Part shown: in pieces, positions 55,670 to 64,000 of the stretch | How positions within the stretch are numbered: position 1 is the stretch's first letter | Layout: each line of letters opens with the position of its first letter | Made by a program: the position numbers and the translations under genes | Assembly (NCBI GenBank): GCA_964597355.1 | Contig: CAZQWS010000002.1 | Location: forward strand, 34,262 to 98,261 | DNA from: an uncultured Bdellovibrionales bacterium | GTDB taxonomy: Bacteria > Patescibacteriota > Minisyncoccia > Moranbacterales > UBA1568 | Length of the DNA stretch: 64,000 nt | Direction: 5' to 3' | The notes under the pieces: model-generated | What the model was told of the DNA's origin: nothing | Database searches by the model: none | The model's input: only the letters and a program-made list of their open reading frames with translations

Positions 55670-57184
55670 ATGCCGGCCAAGGTATTTTCAGGAGCAACAT
55701 TTGGACTCGATGGAGTGTTGGTGGAAATTGAGGCGGATGTCCTAACCAAAGGGTTACACCAATTCAATGTCGTCGGTCTCCCTGATGCAGCAGTCAAAGA
55801 AGCTCGCGATCGGGTGAGTGCAGCGATCAAAAATACCGATTTCAAGCCACCACACATGAGCGGTCGAGTGACGATCAACCTAGCCCCGGCCGATCTCCCT
55901 AAGAGTTCATCAACTTACGATCTAGGAATGGCGCTTGCTTTTTTGGCAGCGACCAAACAAATCGGTTTCCATCCGGAAGGAAAGTTTTTTATCGGAGAAC
56001 TCGCGCTTGATGGCCGCTTGCGCCGGGTCAATGGCGTATTATCGCTGGTTTTGTTTGCTAAAGAAGCTGGTTTCAAGGAAGTATTTATACCCAAAGAAAA
56101 TGCGAAGGAAGCCGCTTTGGTACCAGGCATGACCATTTTTGCCGGAGAACGTCTACGCGATATCACCGAGCATCTCGAAGGCCGCAAGCTGCTCTCGTCT
56201 GAGGTGCCTACGGTGCCAGAATCCCAACTCAATCCTTTCGGGAATGACATGGCTCAAATCAAGGGCCAAGAACACGTGAAGCGAGCGCTCGAAATCGCGG
56301 CGGCAGGTGGGCATAATATTCTCATGATTGGGCCTCCGGGAAGTGGGAAGACCCTTCTTGCCAAGACTTTGCCTTCGATTCTCCCGAGTCTTTCCTTTGA
56401 AGAGTGTCTTGAAATTACCCAAATTTTCTCTATTGCTGGGCAACTCCACAGGAATGTAGCTCTTATTGCTGACCGGCCTTTTCGTTCGCCTCATCATAGT
56501 GCGAGCACGATTTCCCTCATTGGGGGAGGGAGTTTCCCTCGGCCAGGTGAAATCAGTCTGGCCCATCGTGGGGTGTTGTTTCTTGATGAATTTGCAGAGT
56601 TTCCCCGGATGGCTCTTGAAAGCCTCCGTCAGCCACTCGAAGATGGGACAGTGGTGGTTTCTCGGGCTAAGGGCACGCTTACCTTTCCGGCTCGCTTTAT
56701 GCTGGTTGCTGCCATGAATCCTTGTCCGTGCGGTCACTTTGGTGACCCTGAGCGAGTATGCGGCTGCAGTCCATATGCTAGAGAGAAATATCGCCAAAAA
56801 GTGTCAGGGCCAATCCTTGATCGTATCGATCTCCATATTGAAGTGCCGCGGCTCAAGTTTGACGCGCTCCGTGACCCACGCCCAGGAGAAAAGAGTGAAT
56901 CCATCCGTGAACGAGTGGAAAAAGCGAGACGTATCCAACGAGAGCGATTGAAGACAACCAAACGCTTCACCAATGCCGAGCTCGATACCAAACTGCTCGA
57001 GGTACATTGCGGACTCGATCAGGCCTGTCAGAATGTTTTGCGTGAAGCCGTATCCTTCTATAAACTATCACCACGGGCCTATACCCGTATCCTCAAAGTA
57101 GCTCGGACGATTGCTGACCTCGCTGGGTCGGAAAAACTGACCGAGGACCATATCACCGAGGCTCTTCATTATCGTTTGCGATAG
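55670..57184 (+). CDS. comM: YifB/ComM Mg-chelatase-like AAA+ ATPase
   Basis: 504 aa; Lon-protease-like N-domain, Walker A GPPGSGKT, ChlI domain, C-terminal HTH. Confidence 0.85.
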   Translation: MPAKVFSGATFGLDGVLVEIEADVLTKGLHQFNVVGLPDAAVKEARDRVSAAIKNTDFKPPHMSGRVTINLAPADLPKSSSTYDLGMALAFLAATKQIGFHPEGKFFIGELALDGRLRRVNGVLSLVLFAKEAGFKEVFIPKENAKEAALVPGMTIFAGERLRDITEHLEGRKLLSSEVPTVPESQLNPFGNDMAQIKGQEHVKRALEIAAAGGHNILMIGPPGSGKTLLAKTLPSILPSLSFEECLEITQIFSIAGQLHRNVALIADRPFRSPHHSASTISLIGGGSFPRPGEISLAHRGVLFLDEFAEFPRMALESLRQPLEDGTVVVSRAKGTLTFPARFMLVAAMNPCPCGHFGDPERVCGCSPYAREKYRQKVSGPILDRIDLHIEVPRLKFDALRDPRPGEKSESIRERVEKARRIQRERLKTTKRFTNAELDTKLLEVHCGLDQACQNVLREAVSFYKLSPRAYTRILKVARTIADLAGSEKLTEDHITEALHYRLR

Positions 57185-57342
57185 GACTCGTCTGTTTGTA
57201 CTCAAAATTCGTAAAGCGCGTGGTGAGAGGATGTTAGTTGAGCTGGGTCCTTATTCCTTAATGCCTGATGCTCATATTCACAGCGATTGGCTAGGTACGA
57301 ATTTCTCCGTCCAAACAGGCAAGTCCTATAACTTATTTCAGC

Positions 57343-58287
57343 ATGCGCACCTTTTTCTTAATCTTGTGTTTGGTTGGGGCTCTCGGACTCAGTTTTGTTG
57401 TTTTTACCGGGCCATGGGATACCCGCGAATCTCTGCACTCGAGCAATGAACGGACCGTAACCCTTATAGTTAATAACCAACTGATTGGAAATTTTACTAC
57501 TGAAGCTTCTACGGTGGCTGAGTTCTTGCGTTCAAAAAACTTCACTCCTACTGAGGCGGACAAAATATGGCCCAATCCTGGAGAAAAGTTGGTACTTGGA
57601 ACCTCGATCGTGCTCGAACAGGCCCGGGCTGTGGCCATCAAAGCCGATGGTAAAACAGAAACTGTACACACGACGGAAAATACAGCTCTCGATATTTTGA
57701 ATGAACGAAACATTGTTCTTGATGAGGATGATATGGTGGAACCGTCACGTGAAGAAGTGGTATCGGCTGATGGGACGATTGAAGTAACTCGTGTTGAGAT
57801 CCGAGAAGAACATAGGGATACCGCAATTGATTTTGCTACCAAGGTGAATGAAGACAGTGAATTATCGTGGCGAACGAAGAAGGTGACACAGAAAGGTGAA
57901 AAGGGGACGAAGCGGACCACCTATCGGGTGAGCTATCATAATGGCAAGGAGGTAAAGAGGAAGGTAATAAAGACGGAAACGGTCAAAGAACCGGTGATCG
58001 AAATCGTGACTCAGGGCACCTATGTGAAGCTTGGCAAAAAACATACGGGCGCAGCCTCGTGGTATGCTTGGACTGGAACCATGGCTGCAGCGAATCCCTG
58101 GCTTCCCAAGGGGAGCTATGTGAAGGTTACCAATGTCGATAATGGGAAAAGCGTGATCGTAGTGATTAACGACCGAGGACCTTTTGTACCAGGCCGTATC
58201 ATTGATCTTGACAAGGTGGCCTTTGAAAAAATTGCTTCGCTTGGAGCGGGCGTGATCAATGTGAAAATGGAGGAGATTACGAACTAA
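57343..58287 (+). CDS. Cell-wall protein with DUF348/G5-like region and C-terminal RlpA-like DPBB domain (YabE-like)
   Basis: Signal/TM; C-terminal GAASWYAWTG...SYVKVTNVDNGKSVIVVINDRGPFVPGRIIDL matches the RlpA-like double-psi beta-barrel. Confidence 0.7.
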   Translation: MRTFFLILCLVGALGLSFVVFTGPWDTRESLHSSNERTVTLIVNNQLIGNFTTEASTVAEFLRSKNFTPTEADKIWPNPGEKLVLGTSIVLEQARAVAIKADGKTETVHTTENTALDILNERNIVLDEDDMVEPSREEVVSADGTIEVTRVEIREEHRDTAIDFATKVNEDSELSWRTKKVTQKGEKGTKRTTYRVSYHNGKEVKRKVIKTETVKEPVIEIVTQGTYVKLGKKHTGAASWYAWTGTMAAANPWLPKGSYVKVTNVDNGKSVIVVINDRGPFVPGRIIDLDKVAFEKIASLGAGVINVKMEEITN

Positions 58288-58288
58288 T

Positions 58289-59098
58289 ATGAATGTAAAA
58301 GCCAAGAAATCTTTGGGGCAGAATTTTCTCAAGGACGAAGGTATTATTGAGCAGATTTTGACGACGGCTCTGGTTGGGCCGGAAGATCATGTGTTTGAAG
58401 TGGGTCCTGGGACTGGCGCCCTGACGCAGCGATTGGTGGAACGAGCGCGCCATGTGGTGGCCGTCGAGCTCGACCACGTACTCGTGGAGCGACTGCAACA
58501 ACATTTCGAAAAAAGCGATGGGGTATCTATCCTCGAGGGGAATGTACTCGACATGAATTTGAATGCCGTTTTGGAGCATGCCGGTTGTGAAGGAGGTAAA
58601 TACAAAGTAGTCGCCAATATCCCATACTACATTACAGCTCCGATTATTCGCACCCTCCTTTCACTCGAACTTCAACCCAAGAGTTTGACGTTGATGGTCC
58701 AAAAAGAAGTAGCGGAACGGATGACGGCGAAACCAGGCGACATGAGCTTGCTTTCGCTTATGGTCCAGTATTATAGTGATGCGCGGATTGTTTTTCTGGT
58801 GCCACGTGAAGCCTTTGATCCGGTGCCAGCTGTAGACAGCGCAGTGGTTCATCTCGTACCTAAAAGAATTTTTGATGCTGAAGGTGACCGATCTTTTTTT
58901 CGAGTGGCGCGTGCTGGTTTTGCAGCTCGTCGGAAAACCTTGGCCAACAATTTGAGTTCAAGTTTGGGTGTCGCCCGTGTAGAAATTGAGAAAGTACTTG
59001 CTCTACAAGGATTGCGGACAGATATTCGCGCACAGGCACTTTCAGTGAATGATTGGGAAAAAGTATCCCAGGCGCTCCTCTCTCTTTTGAAAGCATAG
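58289..59098 (+). CDS. rsmA: 16S rRNA (adenine1518/1519-N6)-dimethyltransferase
   Basis: KKSLGQNFL... and SAM motif VFEVGPGTGALT. Confidence 0.9.
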   Translation: MNVKAKKSLGQNFLKDEGIIEQILTTALVGPEDHVFEVGPGTGALTQRLVERARHVVAVELDHVLVERLQQHFEKSDGVSILEGNVLDMNLNAVLEHAGCEGGKYKVVANIPYYITAPIIRTLLSLELQPKSLTLMVQKEVAERMTAKPGDMSLLSLMVQYYSDARIVFLVPREAFDPVPAVDSAVVHLVPKRIFDAEGDRSFFRVARAGFAARRKTLANNLSSSLGVARVEIEKVLALQGLRTDIRAQALSVNDWEKVSQALLSLLKA

Positions 59099-59101
59099 AG
59101 A

Positions 59102-60742
59102 TTAGCGGGACAAAAATTGCCAGGCGACAAAAGCCACATAGCCACTCACGAGGGCGATATACCAATGGGTTAAGTGGCGGTAATTGAAATAACGGTGGTC
59201 TTTGGAGCTCATTTGGAGGAGCCAGTAGGCGATGGAACCAAAGAAAAAGGCTAAGAAAAAAAGGTGGGGCACGTCAAAAACGAAGACACTCATCATGAAC
59301 ATGATAAGGAGCATACCACCGATGAATTGTTTGGCTCTCGCTTCACCGAGAAGGACGGGGAGGGTGTGGACTCCATCAGCCTTGTCCCCCGGAATGTCTT
59401 TGAAATCCTTGATGGGGAGGAGGAATGTGTAGGCGATAAAAAGGAGAGTGGGAACCGACCAGGGAAGGGTAGTGATGCTCTTTTCGGTCGAGAAAACGGT
59501 ATAGCCACCGAGGAAAATGAGGAGGCTCGCTCCTGAAGCAAGAAGCGTGGCAAGAATGGGAAAGCGCTTGAGGCGGAGTGGCCAAGCAGAGTACACCCAG
59601 GCAATTGCTTGGTAGAGCGCGAGGAGTACGGCGAGTTGCGTAGAAATGAAACCGGCAAAAAAGAGGGAGAAGCTAAAGGCGAGCACTCCGATGGTGGCAT
59701 AGGTAGGCCGGTCGATAGCATGCGTAATGAGAGGGCGTTCTGGATTGGTGAGGGTATCAATCGATACGTCGTGGAGATCGTTTACAATGACCGAGGTAAG
59801 CCAGGCCAATACTACAGCAAAGATCATCATAAAGAGGCCAATCCAGTGCATCCAATCGTTTTCAAAGGTGATTTTCCCTTCATACACAAACACGAGTCCG
59901 GCACCAATGAGCAAAAGACCGGCGTGGTAGATTACTTGGGGAAGACGGAGATTATGCCAGAGGGCCGAGAGGGTAGTGCGAAAAAAGCAAGAAAGAATAC
60001 CGAGGACAAGGAGGGGGAGGAGGAGGGCGTACACGAGCCCCATCTTAATCGCTAAGACCACAGCTACATTGGGAGGACTGATGAAATACAGTGGTTCGGG
60101 GGAAAGCATGAAACCAGCCACATCTAGTTCCGTGAGTGTGAAAAATCCTTCGCTTGGTCCCATGAGGAAGAGCGTCACGAGGGAAGGAAGGGCACCAATG
60201 AGAAAGAGAACGGTGTAGAGGATGAGAGTACCAAAAAGGGTGCGAAGGAGGTTTCTTGTTTTGATCCATACGTACAAAGTCGTAGAGAAGAGTACGAGGG
60301 CTACCTCAGTCCGCACTCCGTATGTGATGCCGACATCAGGCCGATCACCAAAAAAGGTCAAATAACGTTCTCCAAGACCAGCCAGCCCGTCGAATGTATA
60401 GAAACTCCAGAAACCTGCTCCTCGTGAAATAATTTCATCAATAATAGGAGGAACCCAAATGATAAGGAAACCGAAGCATAGTATGGTGGCTGCCTGTCGG
60501 ATATTGACCCGAGCGAGCCAGGCTACTACTGGGAGAGCAGCGAGGTAAGTGAAGGAAAAAGTAAAGAAGAAATGGGAAAGTTTGTAGAAGTAATGGTCAG
60601 CGAAGTAAAACGGGTTGTGTTCAAAAAAAAGTTCGATCGCCACCCGAACGGCAATAATAGCAAAGAGAGTGATGAACCATGTCCCCAAGGTGAACGGTAT
60701 AGTTTCAATTTTTTCAAAAAGAAGTTGTAGGCGTTTTTCCAT
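59102..60742 (-). CDS. UbiA-family prenyltransferase fused to a large N-terminal polytopic membrane domain
   Basis: 546 aa; C-terminal half has the UbiA motifs NDLHDVSID (NDxxDxxxD) and DFKDIPGDKADGVHTLPVLLG; about 280-aa N-terminal multi-TM extension. Confidence 0.55.
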   Translation of the reverse strand: MEKRLQLLFEKIETIPFTLGTWFITLFAIIAVRVAIELFFEHNPFYFADHYFYKLSHFFFTFSFTYLAALPVVAWLARVNIRQAATILCFGFLIIWVPPIIDEIISRGAGFWSFYTFDGLAGLGERYLTFFGDRPDVGITYGVRTEVALVLFSTTLYVWIKTRNLLRTLFGTLILYTVLFLIGALPSLVTLFLMGPSEGFFTLTELDVAGFMLSPEPLYFISPPNVAVVLAIKMGLVYALLLPLLVLGILSCFFRTTLSALWHNLRLPQVIYHAGLLLIGAGLVFVYEGKITFENDWMHWIGLFMMIFAVVLAWLTSVIVNDLHDVSIDTLTNPERPLITHAIDRPTYATIGVLAFSFSLFFAGFISTQLAVLLALYQAIAWVYSAWPLRLKRFPILATLLASGASLLIFLGGYTVFSTEKSITTLPWSVPTLLFIAYTFLLPIKDFKDIPGDKADGVHTLPVLLGEARAKQFIGGMLLIMFMMSVFVFDVPHLFFLAFFFGSIAYWLLQMSSKDHRYFNYRHLTHWYIALVSGYVAFVAWQFLSR

Positions 60743-60962
60743 AGTGTTTTAGTATACCACCATACCAAGCGATGTCTATACTCTTGGCTTGTAGCTGGTA
60801 TCCAGTTAAGGAATTTCACGTTTTTTGATAGATGAGCTTCTCGGAATAGGTGTTGGGTATACGGCATCTCCCTTGGCGGAGCTATTTGACGGGAAGTTCC
60901 TTTTATGAGGTGCTTTTGTAAGACTACTTCGGAAGTAGGGACTTGTTTGCTATACTAAAGAA

Positions 60963-61541
60963 GTGCCAATTCATCCGTTTAACAGTTTCCTTATGATTGG
61001 ATTTATTTTTTTAGGTATTGTTGTTTTGGTATTGCTCATGGGGGTGGTGTATTACAACAAATTTGTCCGGCTCAATGCTCGGACAGATGAGGCCTGGAGT
61101 GATATCGATGTGCAACTCAAGCGTCGCTATGATCTTATCCCGAACCTTATTAATACGGTAAAGGGATATGCGACCCATGAGCGCGAACTCTTGGAACGAG
61201 TGACCGAGGCTCGTAGTAAGGCAATGCAAGCTGGCTCCGTCGAAGATCATGCCCAGGCGGAAAACATGCTGGCCGGGGCTCTCAAGAGCTTGTTTGCAGT
61301 ATCAGAGAACTATCCAGACCTCAAAGCCAATACCAATTTCCTTGAACTCCAACGTGAACTATCTGATACGGAGAACAAGATCCAAGCGGCTCGCCGTTTC
61401 TACAATGGCAATGTGATGGAACTTAACTCGGCGGTCGATATGTTCCCATCCAATATCGTCGCGAGCATGTTCAAATTTGTGAAGCGCGAATTCTTTGAAA
61501 TCAACGAAGCTGAAAAAGAGCCAGTAAAGGTAGGGTTCTAG
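60963..61541 (+). CDS. lemA: LemA-family protein
   Basis: 192 aa; N-terminal TM then NARTDEAWSDIDVQLKRRYDLIPNLINTVKGYATHE LemA signature. Confidence 0.85.
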   Translation: MPIHPFNSFLMIGFIFLGIVVLVLLMGVVYYNKFVRLNARTDEAWSDIDVQLKRRYDLIPNLINTVKGYATHERELLERVTEARSKAMQAGSVEDHAQAENMLAGALKSLFAVSENYPDLKANTNFLELQRELSDTENKIQAARRFYNGNVMELNSAVDMFPSNIVASMFKFVKREFFEINEAEKEPVKVGF

Positions 61542-61600
61542 CCCATCCTTCTCACCTGGTATACTGAGAGATAGACGATTTCTGTCTATCTTTTTGCTTT

Positions 61601-62068
61601 ATGAATACTGCTTCAAAAAAAGGTATTTGGATAGCGGTGGCTCTTATTGCTCTATGTGTTGCCACAGCTCTCGGCGCACTGTTTTTTGGAAGAAAAGTGT
61701 TTCCAGAAAATCTTTCTCCAGCCATGAAAAGTTTCCGTTCGTATGCCCAAACAAAGGGATTGGAAATTGATGGGGCGCTCGTGCGTCGAGATGGATCCAA
61801 CGCAAGGTATCGAGCTATTCTTCACATAGGAGAACAGGAAGACAATCATTTTTTCTTTATCGATGAATTTGCCAAGGAGAGTGACGCTCGGTTGAGGAAA
61901 GAGCAATTGAGAGCAAATGACATGGTGACTCCAGCCAGAGTCGTTCAGAACAGTACTTTTGTTTTGTACATTTCGAACGATTGGGATCCCAATGATCCAC
62001 TGGCCGAGAAATTGAAGGAGACCTTTCAGTCTTGGCGAGCGGTGCCTTCGCCGGCAACACAACTCTAG
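61601..62068 (+). CDS. Hypothetical membrane-anchored protein
   Basis: 155 aa, N-terminal TM (IWIAVALIALCVATALGALFF); no family recognised. Confidence 0.4.
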   Translation: MNTASKKGIWIAVALIALCVATALGALFFGRKVFPENLSPAMKSFRSYAQTKGLEIDGALVRRDGSNARYRAILHIGEQEDNHFFFIDEFAKESDARLRKEQLRANDMVTPARVVQNSTFVLYISNDWDPNDPLAEKLKETFQSWRAVPSPATQL

Positions 62069-62103
62069 ACAACGGGGAGAGAAAATCGTATACTGTAACC
62101 TCT

Positions 62104-62994
62104 ATGGCAACTGCATATACTCATTCCAGTAAGAATATCAGCCTCACTTGGCTGTACCTGTCCATCTTTTTGATAGTTGTGATCGGGATCGGCTATGTGT
62201 TTGCCCAGGCTTACGGCAGTAGCGTCATCCTGTATGTCGCGGTCGGTTTTTCTGTGATCACAAGCTTTGCTTCGTATTGGTGGAGTGACCGGATTGTACT
62301 TTCGATGTCACACGCCCAATTAGTTAAGCGTGAAAACCACCCAGAGCTTTACACGCTGGTTGAAAATCTGGCGATTACGGCCGGGCTGCCGACGCCCAAG
62401 ATTTATATTACCAATGACCCAGCCCTCAATGCTTTTGCCACGGGTCGCAATCCCGAGCATGGCGTGATTTGTTTCACGACCGGCATCCTCGCCCGCCTCA
62501 ATCGTGTGGAGCTCGAAGGCGTCGCAGCTCACGAGCTCTCCCATATCAAGAACCGTGACACGCTTGTTTCGACCGTCGTGGTAATTCTCGCTGGTTTTAT
62601 TTCGATTCTCGCGGATATGTTTCAGCATTCACTTATCTTCGGAGGTTCACGGGATAATGATAATCGCAACAATGGCATGATGATGATTGTGGGTATCGTA
62701 CTTTCGATTCTCGCTCCGATCGCAGCCCTCCTTATCCGTCTAGCGATTTCCAGGAAACGCGAGCTCCTCGCTGATGCCTCGGGAGCTCTTATGACTCGTT
62801 ATCCAGAAGGACTTGCTAGTGCCCTCCAAAAAATTTCTGGCGATCCGCAACCGGTAGCGACCGCGAGTGATGCTACAGCCCACCTCTATATCTCCAATCC
62901 TTTCAAAGGCCGGCACCTGACACGACTTTTTATGACTCATCCACCTGTAGAGGAGCGTATTGCCGCCCTTCGTGACATGAACTTGGGTCGCTAA
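62104..62994 (+). CDS. htpX: Zinc metalloprotease HtpX (M48 family)
   Basis: Start re-assigned to the ATG at 62104 (MATAYTHSS...); HEXXH motif HELSHIKNRD; TM helices; lemA-htpX pairing. Confidence 0.85.
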   Translation: MATAYTHSSKNISLTWLYLSIFLIVVIGIGYVFAQAYGSSVILYVAVGFSVITSFASYWWSDRIVLSMSHAQLVKRENHPELYTLVENLAITAGLPTPKIYITNDPALNAFATGRNPEHGVICFTTGILARLNRVELEGVAAHELSHIKNRDTLVSTVVVILAGFISILADMFQHSLIFGGSRDNDNRNNGMMMIVGIVLSILAPIAALLIRLAISRKRELLADASGALMTRYPEGLASALQKISGDPQPVATASDATAHLYISNPFKGRHLTRLFMTHPPVEERIAALRDMNLGR

Positions 62995-62997
62995 CCT

Positions 62998-63438
62998 ATG
63001 CTTCCCCGCTCATCCTTTGTTCGGGCCAAACCAAAAACGCTTTCAGCCGGCAAAATAGGCCGGTATTATTTTACGTTGCATTCAGAATACAAAATGCGTG
63101 AGTATTATTTGTCACGACAGCGCGTGATCCGGATTATTCGTAGTCCTAGACGAACTGAAGTCGGCATTGTCGAGAACACGATTGCCGTGATGCAGCCGGC
63201 TTCGACCAAAACAGTCGGTGGCAAAGAAACCTGGACTCAGGAATTGTGGGTGATGTATCGGGTACACTCACCGACGAAGCTTTCCAAATCCAAACTCGAG
63301 CAACTTTTGAATCAGGCTGAGCTCAAGATTATCAGTGCCTGGCGCTATCCCGGGGTAAGTCCGAAGAGGGATCCTATCCCCAGTGATATTCTACGGGAAA
63401 TTGAAAATAGAGGAGAGAATTCTGATGAAATGGCTTAA
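62998..63438 (+). CDS. Hypothetical protein
   Basis: 146-aa ORF immediately after htpX; no family recognised. Confidence 0.35.
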   Translation: MLPRSSFVRAKPKTLSAGKIGRYYFTLHSEYKMREYYLSRQRVIRIIRSPRRTEVGIVENTIAVMQPASTKTVGGKETWTQELWVMYRVHSPTKLSKSKLEQLLNQAELKIISAWRYPGVSPKRDPIPSDILREIENRGENSDEMA

Positions 63439-63634
63439 ATAAGCCAAATAAATAAGATTTCTTCAGAAAAGGCTTCAGTAAGCCTTTTCTTTTACTTTAT
63501 TTAAGCTTCAAAGATGCTATTTTAGCATTGACTCCAAGGCTATTTTGGAGTATAATGTCTTTTCAGTACCTTAACGAGCTTTTCGAAGCTCATACCGGCC
63601 ATTTCGGCCATCTCAACCGCTCAAGGAGAGCAAC

Positions 63635-63916
63635 ATGGCTTTTCAAGCAATCGTTATCCCGTCCGCTCCGTCAAAGCAAGCTCTCTGGGAGATCCAGATC
63701 TTGCCGGAGCATCGGACGCAAACGAATTTCAAGTGGGAGACGATCCGGCACTTTGTGCTGATCAACTTCGTCTCGAGTGACGAAGAACCTCCGACCACGA
63801 TCGAGGAAACCCCTGAGGGTGGAATTCGCATCCGGTTCCATCCCAGCCGGGAGAACGAGAGGCAATTGTGTCATGTTCTGGGCTGGTTGGCTGCACCACG
63901 CAGCTACATGTCCTAG
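63635..63916 (+). CDS. Hypothetical small protein
   Basis: 93-aa ORF; no homology; weak. Confidence 0.2.
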   Translation: MAFQAIVIPSAPSKQALWEIQILPEHRTQTNFKWETIRHFVLINFVSSDEEPPTTIEETPEGGIRIRFHPSRENERQLCHVLGWLAAPRSYMS

Positions 63917-64000
63917 GACAAGACTGAACAAGTTGGGAGATGTAATTAGAACTCTAACAAGCATCTCCCCTCGACTTGGATTACGAATAGCGATATTCGC

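Noticed and set aside
1-64000. Prophage, integrase, transposase/IS, restriction-modification, toxin-antitoxin or CRISPR-Cas systems
   Set aside because: No ORF has recognisable integrase, transposase, methyltransferase/REase, Cas or TA signatures; the CACGTG-core palindromes are better explained as parS than as an R-M target array.

Overview
This reads as the origin-proximal region of a small, reduced bacterial genome. Short proteins, an rnpA-yidC-jag module with no yidD, a four-domain S1, and a conserved Asp-rich 'DxDxDG' N-terminal repeat on surface proteins point to a Candidate Phyla Radiation / Patescibacteria (Parcubacteria-like) lineage; that is inference from gene content.

Core layout:
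- dnaN-dnaA on the minus strand diverge from rpmH-rnpA-yidC-jag on the plus strand, the classic oriC arrangement, with DnaA-box-like 9-mers in both flanking spacers.
- A cell-envelope polysaccharide locus follows: a Wzx-like flippase, two GT2 glycosyltransferases and two O-antigen ligase/polymerase-like proteins.
- An nrdAB-sod-prx redox cluster follows, after a TolB-like protein and a Cys-rich VirB2/T4SS-pilin-like protein.
- Housekeeping genes further on are rluD, rplS, ftsH-tilS-gmk, rpsA, gyrA, rpsO, pnp, lspA, comM, ksgA, lemA-htpX and others, plus three tRNA clusters.

Most unusual observations:
1. Six perfect copies of the 16-bp ParB-binding parS palindrome TGTTCCACGTGGAACA lie within 950 bp, all in-frame inside one O-antigen-ligase-like gene, in all three codon phases, in an AT-rich tRNA-flanked island about 27 kb from dnaA.
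2. An intact tRNA-Val(GAC) is bracketed by a perfect 16-bp inverted repeat and nested between the 5' and 3' halves of a second tRNA-like gene.
3. A tRNA-Gly has its 3' end duplicated about 200 bp downstream, next to a GC-rich two-gene insert, and a tRNA-Val 5' half is tandemly duplicated.
4. A large Cys-rich secreted protein carries a central two-helix VirB2/T4SS-pilin-like domain.
5. A roughly 1-kb low-coding region with direct repeats, hairpins and a terminator is a candidate structured ncRNA.

No CRISPR array, integrase, transposase or rRNA was seen.
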